Positions 1 to 9,030 of a stretch of 45,896 bases of DNA are shown piece by piece. Where the stretch lies: IMG/VR virus record IMGVR_UViG_3300049170_000023, positions 1 through 45,896 of that record, one strand, 5' to 3'. This DNA comes from a virus (lineage: Duplodnaviria > Caudoviricetes). Made by a program: the position numbers and the translations under genes. The notes under the pieces are model-generated. The model saw only the letters and a program-made list of their open reading frames with translations. It did no database searches and was not told the origin of the DNA. The first letter of the stretch is position 1; the number at the start of each line of letters is the position of its first letter.

Positions 1-1543
1 CGGAGTGGGGTCGGGCGGGGTGTTTGGGACCGCCACCGGAGCCGGCAGCGCCGAGGAAGGCGAACGGGCTGAGGGGGCGGTACGAGGGGGTTTGTTCGGT
101 GCCGGCATGGGTGGGGTATCGTCAACGGCCATGAACGCGCTGGGGATTCTCGGCCAGACCGGCAAAGCCATGATCGCCCCAGCCGCCCGGGCAGTGGCCC
201 CGGAGAAGGCGGCGCAGTCCTATGGGCGCACCGCCGACAAGAAACTGCTCCAGGCCATCAAGCAGGACAGCCTCACGCCTCAGAGGATCGCGCAGACGCC
301 CCAATTCCCCGGCAAGCCCGAGACCATCATGGAGCGGGCAGGCAGAGCCCGCGGCGGGGCTGACAACATGGCGCCGAATGTCACCGCCCTGGCCGACAGC
401 GCGATGCGCTTTCCTGGCCCTCAGCGCACGCTCGCAGCAGACACGATCTCCGAGCGCCTGATGGGGCAGGGCGAGCGCGTGGGCGACGACATCGCAAAGG
501 CTTTCGGCGTATCTGGCGACCCCTACCAGGTGGCCAAGCAACTGGACGCCGCCCGCAGGGCCGCTGCGAAGCCGCTCTATGATCAGGCTTACCAGCAGGG
601 CGGGGTGATCTCGCACCCGTCCGTCATCGAGTTGGTCAGGACGCGCCCCACGCTCCAATCCGCCTACAGCAAGGCGCTGAAAACGGCCGCCGACAACGGG
701 GTAGACGTGAGCCAGTTCCCCAAGGATCCGCGCAAGGTGCAGGCCCTGCCGATGCAGATCCTCGATTACGTCAAGACCTCGGCTGATGACATCCTGGGCG
801 CGAACAAGACCAACCTGACCGGCACCAAGGCCGTGGGCCGGGAGATGGCCGGCAAGGTAGCGGCAAAGGAAGAATTCGTCTCCGCACTGGACGCGCTGGT
901 CCCGACCTACGCCCAAGCCCGCGCCGCCTGGGCAGGGCCTACCGTTATGAGGAAGGCCCTGGAGGACGGACAGGAGTTCCACAAGCTCACCGCCGACCAA
1001 CTGCGCCGGCAGATGGCGTCCATGACTCCCGCCGAGGCGGAACAGTTCAAGGTAGGCGCCTTAGCCGGCATCCGACAGCGCATCTCCGAAACCCGTGACG
1101 GCGGAGACTTGGTGAAGACGCTGTACGGCTCCCCGGAGCGGCGCCGCATCCTCGAGGAAATGGTCGGACCAGCCTTCCCCGACCTCGAAAAGAAGATGAT
1201 GGCCGAGAAGCTGATGCGGCGCGTGGACGATAAACTGCGCGGCGGCTCGCAGACGGCCGAACGCCTGACCGGCATGGATGATGTTGGAGCCGAGCCGGTG
1301 CTGCAGGCGCTACGCTCTGGCGGGGCTACCGCGGCGGTGATCGACTACGCCCTGCGCTCTGGTAGGGGCCAGTCCCAGCCGACCGCCGAGGCGCTTGGCC
1401 CGCTGCTGTTCGCCACCGATCCGGCAGCGCAGGCCGCCATGCTGCGGCGGCTCACCAAGCTGGACAAGCGGATGATGCGCAGCGCGGGCGTCACCGGGAC
1501 CATGGGCGGCGGCTTAGGCGCGTACTCCCTCCTGGACGACTGA
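1..1543 (+). CDS. C-terminal part of large DNA ejection/internal virion protein; N-terminus is at 45491-45896 (gene wraps the window ends)
   Basis: Frame open from the window edge; Gly/Ala-rich helical protein (AAKPLYDQAY, PTYAQARAAWAG, GSQTAERL) typical of last podovirus ejection genes; follows the ejection genes at the window end. Confidence 0.75.
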   Translation, partial: GVGSGGVFGTATGAGSAEEGERAEGAVRGGLFGAGMGGVSSTAMNALGILGQTGKAMIAPAARAVAPEKAAQSYGRTADKKLLQAIKQDSLTPQRIAQTPQFPGKPETIMERAGRARGGADNMAPNVTALADSAMRFPGPQRTLAADTISERLMGQGERVGDDIAKAFGVSGDPYQVAKQLDAARRAAAKPLYDQAYQQGGVISHPSVIELVRTRPTLQSAYSKALKTAADNGVDVSQFPKDPRKVQALPMQILDYVKTSADDILGANKTNLTGTKAVGREMAGKVAAKEEFVSALDALVPTYAQARAAWAGPTVMRKALEDGQEFHKLTADQLRRQMASMTPAEAEQFKVGALAGIRQRISETRDGGDLVKTLYGSPERRRILEEMVGPAFPDLEKKMMAEKLMRRVDDKLRGGSQTAERLTGMDDVGAEPVLQALRSGGATAAVIDYALRSGRGQSQPTAEALGPLLFATDPAAQAAMLRRLTKLDKRMMRSAGVTGTMGGGLGAYSLLDD

Positions 1544-1650
1544 ATATCCGTCCGCGGATAAAAGCCGATATTCCCGCCACACAGCAATACATGGTTGCTA
1601 AGGCTCAGTAGTGCGCGTGTCAGCGTGGCTGCTCCTATCAGGAGGCTGCC

Positions 1651-2259
1651 ATGTCCGTCCGCGCTTCGCTCGCCCTTTCCGCCGCTCTCATCGCAGCTTG
1701 TGGAGGGGGAGGGGGAGGGGAGCCAGCTCCCAGCGCGATAGCCGCAGCCCCCACGCCAGCACCGTCCCCCGCACCCGCTCAGCCGATCCAGGTAGCGCCT
1801 CCGGCTCCTGCGCCCTCGCCGCCTCCACCGGCACCATCGCCCACGCCACCACCAGCGACAGCACCGACGCCATCGCCCGCGCCTGCACCTCCTGCGCCAA
1901 CCCCGGCTCCCGCTCCAACTCCAGCCCCGCCAGCGCCTGCTCCGTCTCCAGCACCGGCCCCAGCGCCTGCACCGACACCCGCACCTGCTACCCTACCGCC
2001 AGGCTGGGAAGATGAGTTCGGCCCGCCCCGCGGAGGCGGTAGCCTGACATGGTGGGGCACAGATCCGGCCCTGCTCACCGAAGTGAACGACACCTGCGAG
2101 CCGCAGCCCAACTGCCGTATCCCTGACGGCAACATCGCGCATTGGAATCGCCAGTGCGAAGAGCGCATGCCAGGCGATGAGTCCTGCTACGTGCCGCTGT
2201 CGCCGCTCGGAAGGGCGCAGGGGTGCGCGGCGGGGATTGAGAGGCACTGCGCGCCTTGA
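1651..2259 (+). CDS. Pro/Ala-rich lipoprotein (moron) with small Cys-rich C-terminal domain
   Basis: RBS CAGGAGG; signal peptide with lipobox LIAA-C then GGGGGG; long PAP(S/T) repeat stalk; six Cys in the C-terminal domain; followed by a terminator. Confidence 0.8.
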   Translation: MSVRASLALSAALIAACGGGGGGEPAPSAIAAAPTPAPSPAPAQPIQVAPPAPAPSPPPPAPSPTPPPATAPTPSPAPAPPAPTPAPAPTPAPPAPAPSPAPAPAPAPTPAPATLPPGWEDEFGPPRGGGSLTWWGTDPALLTEVNDTCEPQPNCRIPDGNIAHWNRQCEERMPGDESCYVPLSPLGRAQGCAAGIERHCAP

Positions 2260-2262
2260 GCC

Positions 2263-2522
2263 ATCCCGCAGAAATCCCGCAAAAGGCCCGCAAGTCTCTG
2301 ATTCTGCGGGCTTTTTGATGCACCCCCCGCGCACCACATGGCATTTCATGCCGATCAGCACAGACCCTCTCCGAGTCGCGCATCAAAGCCGGTTTCCCAA
2401 TGAAAACGTGCACTTTCCGGCCTCCCCTATACTGCGCTGAGTCGCGCACAGTTCGGCCAAAAAACACCGAGTCTTTGCCTCCCATCCCGCCTATATCCCG
2501 CAGCACGCCCTAAAAATCCCGC
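2263..2522. mobile_element. attP region: tRNA-3'-like core CCCCCCGCGCACCA (2323-2336) and five ATCCCGC arm-type repeats
   Basis: ATCCCGC at 2263, 2274, 2484, 2495 and 2516; core ends in ACCA like a tRNA 3' end; directly upstream of the integrase. Confidence 0.65.
2281..2316. terminator. Bidirectional-looking intrinsic terminator
   Basis: AAAAGGCCCGCA ... TGCGGGCTTTTT inverted repeat with A and T tracts. Confidence 0.7.
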
Positions 2523-3533
2523 ATGGCCTATTTCAGGAAGCTCAAGACCGGCTGGCGCGTCGAGATCGAGCGGCTGGGCGTGCGCAAGTCCCAGATGTTC
2601 CCCACCAAGGCGCAGGCGCAGAGCTGGGCCGCCGCCGAGGAAACCGCCATCCTGAGCGAGGCGCGGGCGCAGTACCCGAGCAAGACCCTGGCTGATGCGA
2701 TCGACCGCTACCTGAAAGAGGTCAGCAGCAGCAAGCGCGGGGCGCATGCGGAGCGGCTGAGGTTCGCGGCCATCGTGCGGGATTTTCCCGCACTTGCGGG
2801 AACGGTCCTGCACCAGATCAAGCCGGCCGACATCGCCGCCTGGCGGGACGCGCGCCGGGCCAAGGTGAGCGACTCGTCCGTGGTGCGAGAAGCCGCGGCA
2901 TTTCGCAACCTGTTCAGGGTCGCGGCCGATGAGTGGGCGTGGTGCGGCGAGTCGCCCTGGAAGACGGTCAAGCTACCGCGCAAGGGCCACGCCAGGACGC
3001 GGCAGACCAAGGCGCAGGAGTTGAAGCGCCTGGTGAGGCATATGGGCTACGTGACCGGCAAGGCGCCCACCACGCCGCAAATGGAGGTGGCGTGGGCCTA
3101 TCTAGTGGCACACCACACCGCGCTGCGGGCCGGCGAGGTGCGCAGCCTGTCGCGCTCGACGGTGGATCTCGGCAAGCGGGTCATCACGCTGCACACGCAC
3201 AAGACCCTCGAGCGCGAGGGCGTGCGGTTCGTGCCGTTCACCAGGCGGGCGGCGCGGCTGCTGCGCGTGCTGGATGCCGCGGCGAAGGACGCCGGCCGGG
3301 ACGCTTACTTCACGCTGTCAGCGCAGAGCCTGGATGTGCTGTTTCGCAAGGTGCGCGACAGATTGTTGATCGAGAACCTGCACTTCCACGACAGCCGGGC
3401 CGATGCGCTCACCAGGCTGTCCAAGAGGATGGACGTGATGCGGCTGGCAAAGATCAGCGGGCACCGCGACCTGTCCCAGCTCCTGAACGCCTACTACCGG
3501 GCTACGGCGGCCGACATCGCGCTCACGATTTAG
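2523..3533 (+). CDS. int: Tyrosine recombinase / phage integrase
   Basis: Catalytic residues TALRAGE (R), HFHDSR (HxxR), SGH and YY; N-terminal arm-binding-like segment. Confidence 0.95.
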   Translation: MAYFRKLKTGWRVEIERLGVRKSQMFPTKAQAQSWAAAEETAILSEARAQYPSKTLADAIDRYLKEVSSSKRGAHAERLRFAAIVRDFPALAGTVLHQIKPADIAAWRDARRAKVSDSSVVREAAAFRNLFRVAADEWAWCGESPWKTVKLPRKGHARTRQTKAQELKRLVRHMGYVTGKAPTTPQMEVAWAYLVAHHTALRAGEVRSLSRSTVDLGKRVITLHTHKTLEREGVRFVPFTRRAARLLRVLDAAAKDAGRDAYFTLSAQSLDVLFRKVRDRLLIENLHFHDSRADALTRLSKRMDVMRLAKISGHRDLSQLLNAYYRATAADIALTI

Positions 3534-3699
3534 GCCGCGCCCACCGCATCACCTCCTGCGCGCTCCATTTTCGCAGGCGCTGGGACACGTCGATCACCGG
3601 CTTGGGGAAGTCGTGGCGCTTGATGATGCGGCCGACGGCATGGGCGCGGGTGACGCCCAAGAGCTGGGCGATCTGCTTGGTGTCGATCAGGTCGTTCAC
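3523..3699 (-). CDS. xis: Excisionase / AlpA-like HTH protein (58 aa, not in ORF track)
   Basis: Manual translation MNDLIDTKQIAQLLGVTRAHAVGRIIKRHDFPKPVIDVSQRLRKWSAQEVMRWARPKS; FPKP..W..EV..W motif; convergent with int; GTGA coupling to the upstream gene. Confidence 0.85.
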   Translation of the reverse strand: MNDLIDTKQIAQLLGVTRAHAVGRIIKRHDFPKPVIDVSQRLRKWSAQEVMRWARPKS

Positions 3700-4016
3700 G
3701 TCTTGGCCTCCACGATCCCGGCGCGGCTTTCGTGCTGGCGCAGCGCCTTGGTCAGCATCTTCACGCCTTGGCGCACGTAGGCGGGGTAGCTGGCCGCGTG
3801 GTCATATCCAGATTGAAGCCGCATGCGCGCCCCCTCCGGGTCTTCCAGCGGCCCGAGCTTGGCGGCCATGTCGTTGACCATCGCCACCATCTCCGCAGGC
3901 TCCTGGCCCATTTCACGGCGCAGCCACGCCAGCACCCGGCGCAGGTGATTGACCTCGGCTTCCGTCATCGGCATCGCCGGGGTGTTGTCGTCTCCGCTCA
4001 AGATCAGGTCGCTCAC
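3696..4016 (-). CDS. Hypothetical phage protein
   Basis: Coupled by 4-nt overlaps within the leftward operon. Confidence 0.7.
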   Translation of the reverse strand: MSDLILSGDDNTPAMPMTEAEVNHLRRVLAWLRREMGQEPAEMVAMVNDMAAKLGPLEDPEGARMRLQSGYDHAASYPAYVRQGVKMLTKALRQHESRAGIVEAKT

Positions 4017-4963
4017 TTCTCATTCCCCCTATCCCGAATAGCTGCCTCGTCCGAGGAGGGTTCGGGGTGATTCGGCTTCTGCGCTTCGGCTGCGCTTCTA
4101 CGGTGCGGTGCGGAGAGTACGCGTCGCGCCACTTCCTTTGCGTAGTCTGCGTACAGGCCGGACGACAGACCGACCATCTCGAATTCGGCTTCTACCCGCT
4201 CGCAAACCGCTTGAAGCTCATCCTCTGTCGGCTCCTCGTCGTCCGGCGCGGCGGTGTCGGCCCACCAGTCAACCGCACTGAGCAGATCATGCGCGGTGAG
4301 CGTGTACACATCGTCTTCGCTCGCCTCGCCGGCATAGATGCTCTCCGAGCCCTCGGGCGCAGGCTTGGCGTCCTGGCGTGCGGAGAAGTGCGAGCCGATG
4401 AATTCGCGGATCGCCTGCGGGGTGCGCGGGTAGTTCGTCAGCGGCGTTGTAGAAGCCTCACCGGAGCGCGCGCTCGAATGTCCAGCCCCTGCCTTCCTGA
4501 TTGCATCTTCAATGTCCAGAGCGGCACGGTTGTATCCGTCGCCGTAGGCATCTGCACCAGGGGAGCAGGTGCTGCGGGCGATCTCGGCTGCCTCTTGCAG
4601 CGCCTTTCTCCTGATAGCGGCGGCGCACTGGCCGGCAAGCGCCTCGCGCCGATAGACATTACCGCCGTTGTCCAGCGCCATGGTCAGCTTGTCGCACACT
4701 GCGGCGGCTTCTTCCAGCGCCTTGGCGCGGATGGCCGCGGCGCAGGTGGCGATCGCATCGTTATGGTCGCGTTCGCGGGCGTGGATGAGCGGCCCCCCAT
4801 AGGCATGGCGCTCGGCTTCTCGCGCTGCATCACTCAGCGCCTGAGCGCGGACGAGTGCGGCGAAGCGGCCCAGCCAATCCGGCGCGTCCATCTCCGGATC
4901 GAAGGCGTAGCCCTCGCCGTTCACAGCCTCCTGTGCAAGGGCGACGATCCTGGCTCTGTTCAT
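4013..4963 (-). CDS. Mosaic hypothetical protein with three tandem ALxxAA...AIR modules
   Basis: ALSDAAREAE..CAAAIRAK / ALEEAAAVCD..CAAAIRRK / ALQEAAEIAR..EDAIRK; operon coupling. Confidence 0.75.
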   Translation of the reverse strand: MNRARIVALAQEAVNGEGYAFDPEMDAPDWLGRFAALVRAQALSDAAREAERHAYGGPLIHARERDHNDAIATCAAAIRAKALEEAAAVCDKLTMALDNGGNVYRREALAGQCAAAIRRKALQEAAEIARSTCSPGADAYGDGYNRAALDIEDAIRKAGAGHSSARSGEASTTPLTNYPRTPQAIREFIGSHFSARQDAKPAPEGSESIYAGEASEDDVYTLTAHDLLSAVDWWADTAAPDDEEPTEDELQAVCERVEAEFEMVGLSSGLYADYAKEVARRVLSAPHRRSAAEAQKPNHPEPSSDEAAIRDRGNEK

Positions 4964-5217
4964 GGTTGCTTCTCCAACAGTGCGCGAATCTTTGCGGCGG
5001 CAAGGTCCAACTCAGCCGAGAAGCCATACAGCGGGACCGGACGATTCGTGTCCCAATGCCGGGCTTGCGCAACGCACACCTGCGCACAAGCCTCCACATC
5101 CGCACGGCGGATAGCCTCTACCTGCTCGGCTGTGTAGTAGTCGTGCTTCGCAATGGGCACTTTCCAGGCGTACCCGTAGGCGATCTTCGGAGACGGAAGC
5201 GGTGGGAGCGCGGTCAT
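4960..5217 (-). CDS. Hypothetical phage protein
   Basis: LPPLP..YTAEQV motif common in lambdoid early genes; ATGA overlaps. Confidence 0.7.
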   Translation of the reverse strand: MTALPPLPSPKIAYGYAWKVPIAKHDYYTAEQVEAIRRADVEACAQVCVAQARHWDTNRPVPLYGFSAELDLAAAKIRALLEKQP

Positions 5218-5558
5218 GGCTTGCCTCCTGCAAGCGCAGCAGCGGCACGCACGATCGCGCGGCGAGTTGCGGCGCAGGGGTCGGTGCCGATGTATTCCTC
5301 GGCCACGCCCGAAACGTCATGGCGACGGAAGGCGTAGGCGCAGTTGCCGATGCCCAGCCCAAGTTCCAGGCGCAGCTTCACCACCAGCCGCAGCGCGTCG
5401 CCGTCGTCGGTGAGCGGGTTCCAATAGGGGCCAACGCTGCCAGTCGTATCCGGCTTGTCCGGGTCAAGCATCCGAGACAGCCCCATCGGACCTGACCAGC
5501 GCATATGCTCCATCCCCGCCGCCTTGGCAGCCTTCTCAAGCAATTCGCGGTCGGTCAT
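5214..5558 (-). CDS. Conserved phage hypothetical protein (start at MTDRELLE)
   Basis: WNPLTDDGDALRL..ATRRAIVRAAA motif; ATGA overlap with the upstream gene. Confidence 0.75.
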   Translation of the reverse strand: MTDRELLEKAAKAAGMEHMRWSGPMGLSRMLDPDKPDTTGSVGPYWNPLTDDGDALRLVVKLRLELGLGIGNCAYAFRRHDVSGVAEEYIGTDPCAATRRAIVRAAAALAGGKP

Positions 5559-6823
5559 GCGTTGCCTCCTATGCCGTGGTGCTGCTCCACTGCCTCGATC
5601 AGCCGACACAAGGGCATGCTGCGCCAGTCCTCGCGGGCCAGAAGCTTCGTTCGCTGCTCTGGCGTCAGCGGCTCGCGTGCCGGTCGCTGCGGTGCTGCGG
5701 CCAGCATGGCGCGGTACACATCGCGGCAATGCGAAACAGGCACTTCCTCTGCCTGCTCGGCTGCTGCCAGCATTTCCTCGGTCGGCTCCCTCGGCACGCG
5801 CACCCAGCCATCAGCAGGCGGCTGCGCGGGCTGGGCAGGTGCGGCGTAGAGGGGGCATCCGTCAAGTTCGCGCAGACGCTGATGCTGGGAGGCAGTGGCA
5901 AGGATGTCGTAGGAAAAGCCGAATGCAGCATCAACGTCATCGAACACCTGCAAGACGCCCACCGCCTCCTGCGGCTGCGCGGGCTGGGCAGGTGCAGCGT
6001 TCAGTGCAGCCTCGATCCGCATCGCATACAGGTGCATCGCCAGCCGGTCGTACAGATCGCCCAGCGCCGCATGCCTGGTTACGGGCGGTGGCATTTCAGG
6101 CAAAGTTTCCAGCCGGCGCTTCTGCGCCTCCTGCGGCTGCGTTGGCGTGGCTAAAGCGGTCAACACGAACAAGCCCGCCTCTGTAGTTGACTGCCGCTCC
6201 AGGCTAATCAGCCCCTTTTTCTGAGCGACCTGCAATGCGGCTTTGGTGGTTGCATATCCAGAGTTCAGGCGCGCGGAGATTTCGTATCGCGTGCCTGGGC
6301 CGTGCTGTCGGATGCACTCCACCACATCCTTGTAACCGACTGGTTGCGCCTCCTGCGTCTGCGCGGCGACAAGCTCTGCGGCTGCGTGGCGTGCCTGTTT
6401 GTGCCCTTCAGCGAACCCAGCGTTGTAGCTGGGACTGCCCTGGTACTCGAACGCGGACGCGGGAGGTTGCAGGTTCATGATGGCCGCGTGCAGGTCGTTG
6501 GCGGGCTGCGGCTGCGCGAGAAGTGCGCGCGCTTTCTCATGTGGGAACACGGCATCCACGGAGCGAGCTGCGGGCGTGCCGAACCATGCAGACGCCATCG
6601 CCCCGGTGCTGTCGCTTGACTTCGCTGGGTGTGCGCGGCAATTCCAGACTGCCGCAGCCTCGTCGGCTGTCGCGTGGATGCCAGTGGTGACGGTGCATGT
6701 GTCGCAGCTGATGAATGCGTCACGGATCAGCGGGCCGCTTTCGCGGTCGATCATTGCTGCCGCACCTCCGCAAAACGGGCACGGCTCCAGCGCCTGCACG
6801 GTGTCTCGTTGTGAGGGTGTCAC
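5555..6823 (-). CDS. Lar-family (restriction alleviation) zinc-finger protein fused to several mosaic modules
   Basis: N-terminal LEPCPFCGG..CDTC..A..WN.R; internal wHTH-like module; VPREPTEEML and EPLT modules. Confidence 0.75.
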   Translation of the reverse strand: MTPSQRDTVQALEPCPFCGGAAAMIDRESGPLIRDAFISCDTCTVTTGIHATADEAAAVWNCRAHPAKSSDSTGAMASAWFGTPAARSVDAVFPHEKARALLAQPQPANDLHAAIMNLQPPASAFEYQGSPSYNAGFAEGHKQARHAAAELVAAQTQEAQPVGYKDVVECIRQHGPGTRYEISARLNSGYATTKAALQVAQKKGLISLERQSTTEAGLFVLTALATPTQPQEAQKRRLETLPEMPPPVTRHAALGDLYDRLAMHLYAMRIEAALNAAPAQPAQPQEAVGVLQVFDDVDAAFGFSYDILATASQHQRLRELDGCPLYAAPAQPAQPPADGWVRVPREPTEEMLAAAEQAEEVPVSHCRDVYRAMLAAAPQRPAREPLTPEQRTKLLAREDWRSMPLCRLIEAVEQHHGIGGNA

Positions 6824-6999
6824 GAAAGCTCCTTCATGATGTCCTTGAACTCCTCGCGCACTTCCAGCACCCGACCGTCAAAGGTGCGGACGATGGCCTT
6901 AATGCCGTGCCACTGCGACGAGGCTCCCGCCTCAATCACTTGAGCAATCGCAGATGGCGCGAGGTAAATCCCCTGACCGTCAATGCCAGTCAAAATCAT
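6820..6999 (-). CDS. Small FlbD-like beta protein
   Basis: MILTGIDGQGIYLAPSAIAQVIE..IVRTFDGRVLEVRE resembles the FlbD-family pattern; ATGA overlap. Confidence 0.55.
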   Translation of the reverse strand: MILTGIDGQGIYLAPSAIAQVIEAGASSQWHGIKAIVRTFDGRVLEVREEFKDIMKELS

Positions 7000-8063
7000 T
7001 GCGGCCTCTCCTTCCCCAGCGCAGCGTCCGGCATCGGCATCCAATGGCTCGGGCCTCCGGGACCATCGACTGCGCCGTTCACCATCCATGTGATTCCGTC
7101 ATTGGTGTCGATGAACTTCCACGGGTGCGGGATGCCCGGCACATACTTGCCCTGAGACACGCCATCGCTGCCGAAACGCAGCAGGATGCTCCGGCCGTCA
7201 CGCGGTGCAGTCTTGATCGGCAGCCACGCCTCCCGCGCCTTCTCCAGCAGCGCCTCCAGTTGCAAGAGGCGCTCTGATGCGGGGGGCAGGTCTTGGACAT
7301 TCGCCCATTGGTCGCCGGCTGCGCTCCTAAGGTGCGGCGGCACAAGGCTCGGGTCGCGCTCCCACTTGCAGCCAAATTCCTGGCAGCCAATCTTCTGCCC
7401 GCTGCCACACGGGCACGCCTTCGGGGGCCATGTGTAGCGAGCCGTAGAAGCCTCTTCGACGCACGGGGTCGAATGAACATCAGGCTGTTGCGGCTGTTGC
7501 GGCTGTTCTAGCGGTGCCGTGCCCTGCGATGCGGCCGGATGCGTGTCTTGATTGGTGCAGCGGAACCCTGCGTACACCTCGGAAAGCGCGCTCTCCAGCG
7601 TCGGATAGGCGGCGGTGTCCCAGCACTCGGGGTAGTGGATGGCCTGCGCCGTGTGGGTCGGCTGCGATGCGAGGGCGGCGCGAGCTTGCCAGGCGAGCCA
7701 CAGATCCTCGATCAGCCAGTCGGTGTATTGGCCCGCTTCGGGGTGGTCGCCCTCGTACCGCTCCCATGTGTGATCTGCCGGGAACGGACGCGGCTCGTTC
7801 ATGCGGTTGTCCAGCAGGTTTGTCCTGGCCCACTCCTCGAACGCTTCCCGCTCTCCCTCCTGCATCGGCTGATCAAGCCGGGCGCGTAGTGCTGCGATGG
7901 CGGCATAAGCGGAAAGCACATGCACAGCCTGACCGTTGCCCTGTTCGCGCTCCCGCGCCCAATGGGCAGCCTCCTGCTCTCGCGTTGGGTTGCCGGTGTA
8001 TGTCACCGGAAGAAGGCCGATCAGCGCGGCCAGCGCCTGCTCCATGGCTTGGCGATCGGTCAT
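6996..8063 (-). CDS. Mosaic protein with C-terminal DUF551-like domain
   Basis: WLPIKTAPRDG..PSHWMPMP; EREAFEEW..WLAWQARAAL module. Confidence 0.8.
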   Translation of the reverse strand: MTDRQAMEQALAALIGLLPVTYTGNPTREQEAAHWAREREQGNGQAVHVLSAYAAIAALRARLDQPMQEGEREAFEEWARTNLLDNRMNEPRPFPADHTWERYEGDHPEAGQYTDWLIEDLWLAWQARAALASQPTHTAQAIHYPECWDTAAYPTLESALSEVYAGFRCTNQDTHPAASQGTAPLEQPQQPQQPDVHSTPCVEEASTARYTWPPKACPCGSGQKIGCQEFGCKWERDPSLVPPHLRSAAGDQWANVQDLPPASERLLQLEALLEKAREAWLPIKTAPRDGRSILLRFGSDGVSQGKYVPGIPHPWKFIDTNDGITWMVNGAVDGPGGPSHWMPMPDAALGKERPQ

Positions 8064-8422
8064 GCGGCCTCTTTCTTCAACTCGACCACCTCAACGCGCA
8101 GCCATCCGGCGCGCACGGCAAGCTCCGCGCACTCTTGCGCCGCCTGCGGGATTTCATAGGGCTTCGAGCGCACCGGCTTGGGCTTGGCGTTCATCAGCCA
8201 ATTGCCCTCATCCCAATCCTTGGGCGCCTTGGCTTCGCGCTGCTTGGCGATGAACTCGGCGCGCGCCGCCTCCAGCGTGCCGGGTGGAATGCCGACCACG
8301 CGCCAGCCGTTGTGATACGACTCGGGCTTCTCGCGCTTGGGGCGCTTGGCCGTCTTGACCGGCGTCGTGCTGACGCGAGAGCCGTGGATGTTCACGCAGT
8401 CGATGGGCGTCGGATTACTCAT
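8060..8422 (-). CDS. Hypothetical phage protein
   Basis: Coupled ORF with normal codon usage. Confidence 0.7.
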   Translation of the reverse strand: MSNPTPIDCVNIHGSRVSTTPVKTAKRPKREKPESYHNGWRVVGIPPGTLEAARAEFIAKQREAKAPKDWDEGNWLMNAKPKPVRSKPYEIPQAAQECAELAVRAGWLRVEVVELKKEAA

Positions 8423-8528
8423 GGTTCGCCCCCTTAGGAGTAGGAGCGGCTGTCACTCTTTCATCGCTTGAGCCTCCGCAGGCGGAAAGAAGAGCGACGA
8501 GAAGAAGGGCGGCGAGGATGGGATTCAT
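8415..8528 (-). CDS. Tiny lipoprotein (37 aa)
   Basis: MNPILAALLLVALLSA-CGGSSDE; lipobox LLSAC; RBS GAGG. Confidence 0.55.
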   Translation of the reverse strand: MNPILAALLLVALLSACGGSSDERVTAAPTPKGANHE

Positions 8529-8535
8529 GCTGCCC

Positions 8536-9030
8536 TCAGCGAATCGTGAGCCGGTCTTTGCGAACCAGCTTGGCGCCGGGCACGTCCCGGTCTTCCTTGA
8601 GCGCCTGCTTGATCGAAACCTTGTCTGGCTCGGTCTTCGTCGTCGTCCGCAGGAACGTGGCCGGCAGTTGCTTGTCATCGAACACTTCCACCGCCTCGTC
8701 GCGCTCTCTTTCCAGCTTGCAGGTGAAGGTGCCGTCATCGCTCTTGATCGACAGCACGCCGGTTGCATCCATGTGCAGGCGCAGGTAGTCGCGCAGCCAC
8801 TCCGAGCGTTTTCGGGCTGCCTTCACGCGGACGAGCATCGCCTTTGCATGCGCCTCCACAAGATCGGCTTCGGCTTCGTTCTGCAGCACCCACGCGGCGA
8901 CAGCCTGGCTCTTGGTGGCGACCAGCGCGCGGGCCTGCCCCAAGCCTTCCGGGAGTTCGCCCGTGCTTTCGTCAACCTGCTCAAGCAATTCGCGTACTTG
9001 AGCGGCGGCGGAATAAAGAGTGATGTTCAT
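8536..9030 (-). CDS. Siphovirus Gp157 family protein
   Basis: Coiled N-terminus; C-terminal PDKVSIKQALK..VPGAKLV..L.IR. Confidence 0.85.
   Translation of the reverse strand: MNITLYSAAAQVRELLEQVDESTGELPEGLGQARALVATKSQAVAAWVLQNEAEADLVEAHAKAMLVRVKAARKRSEWLRDYLRLHMDATGVLSIKSDDGTFTCKLERERDEAVEVFDDKQLPATFLRTTTKTEPDKVSIKQALKEDRDVPGAKLVRKDRLTIR

Noticed and set aside
1545-1575. Sigma-28 promoter (GCCGATAT) for the lipoprotein moron
   Set aside because: No matching -35 TAAA element at the required spacing
2523-3533. Integrase as a shufflon-type invertase for tail fibres
   Set aside because: No inverted repeats or inverted tail cassettes were seen; adjacent xis and attP explain it as the prophage integrase
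2933-3877. Long alternative-frame ORFs here and elsewhere (e.g. 11966-13087, 25884-27029, 42526-43740)
   Set aside because: Shadow ORFs expected in high-GC coding DNA, overlapping well-supported genes
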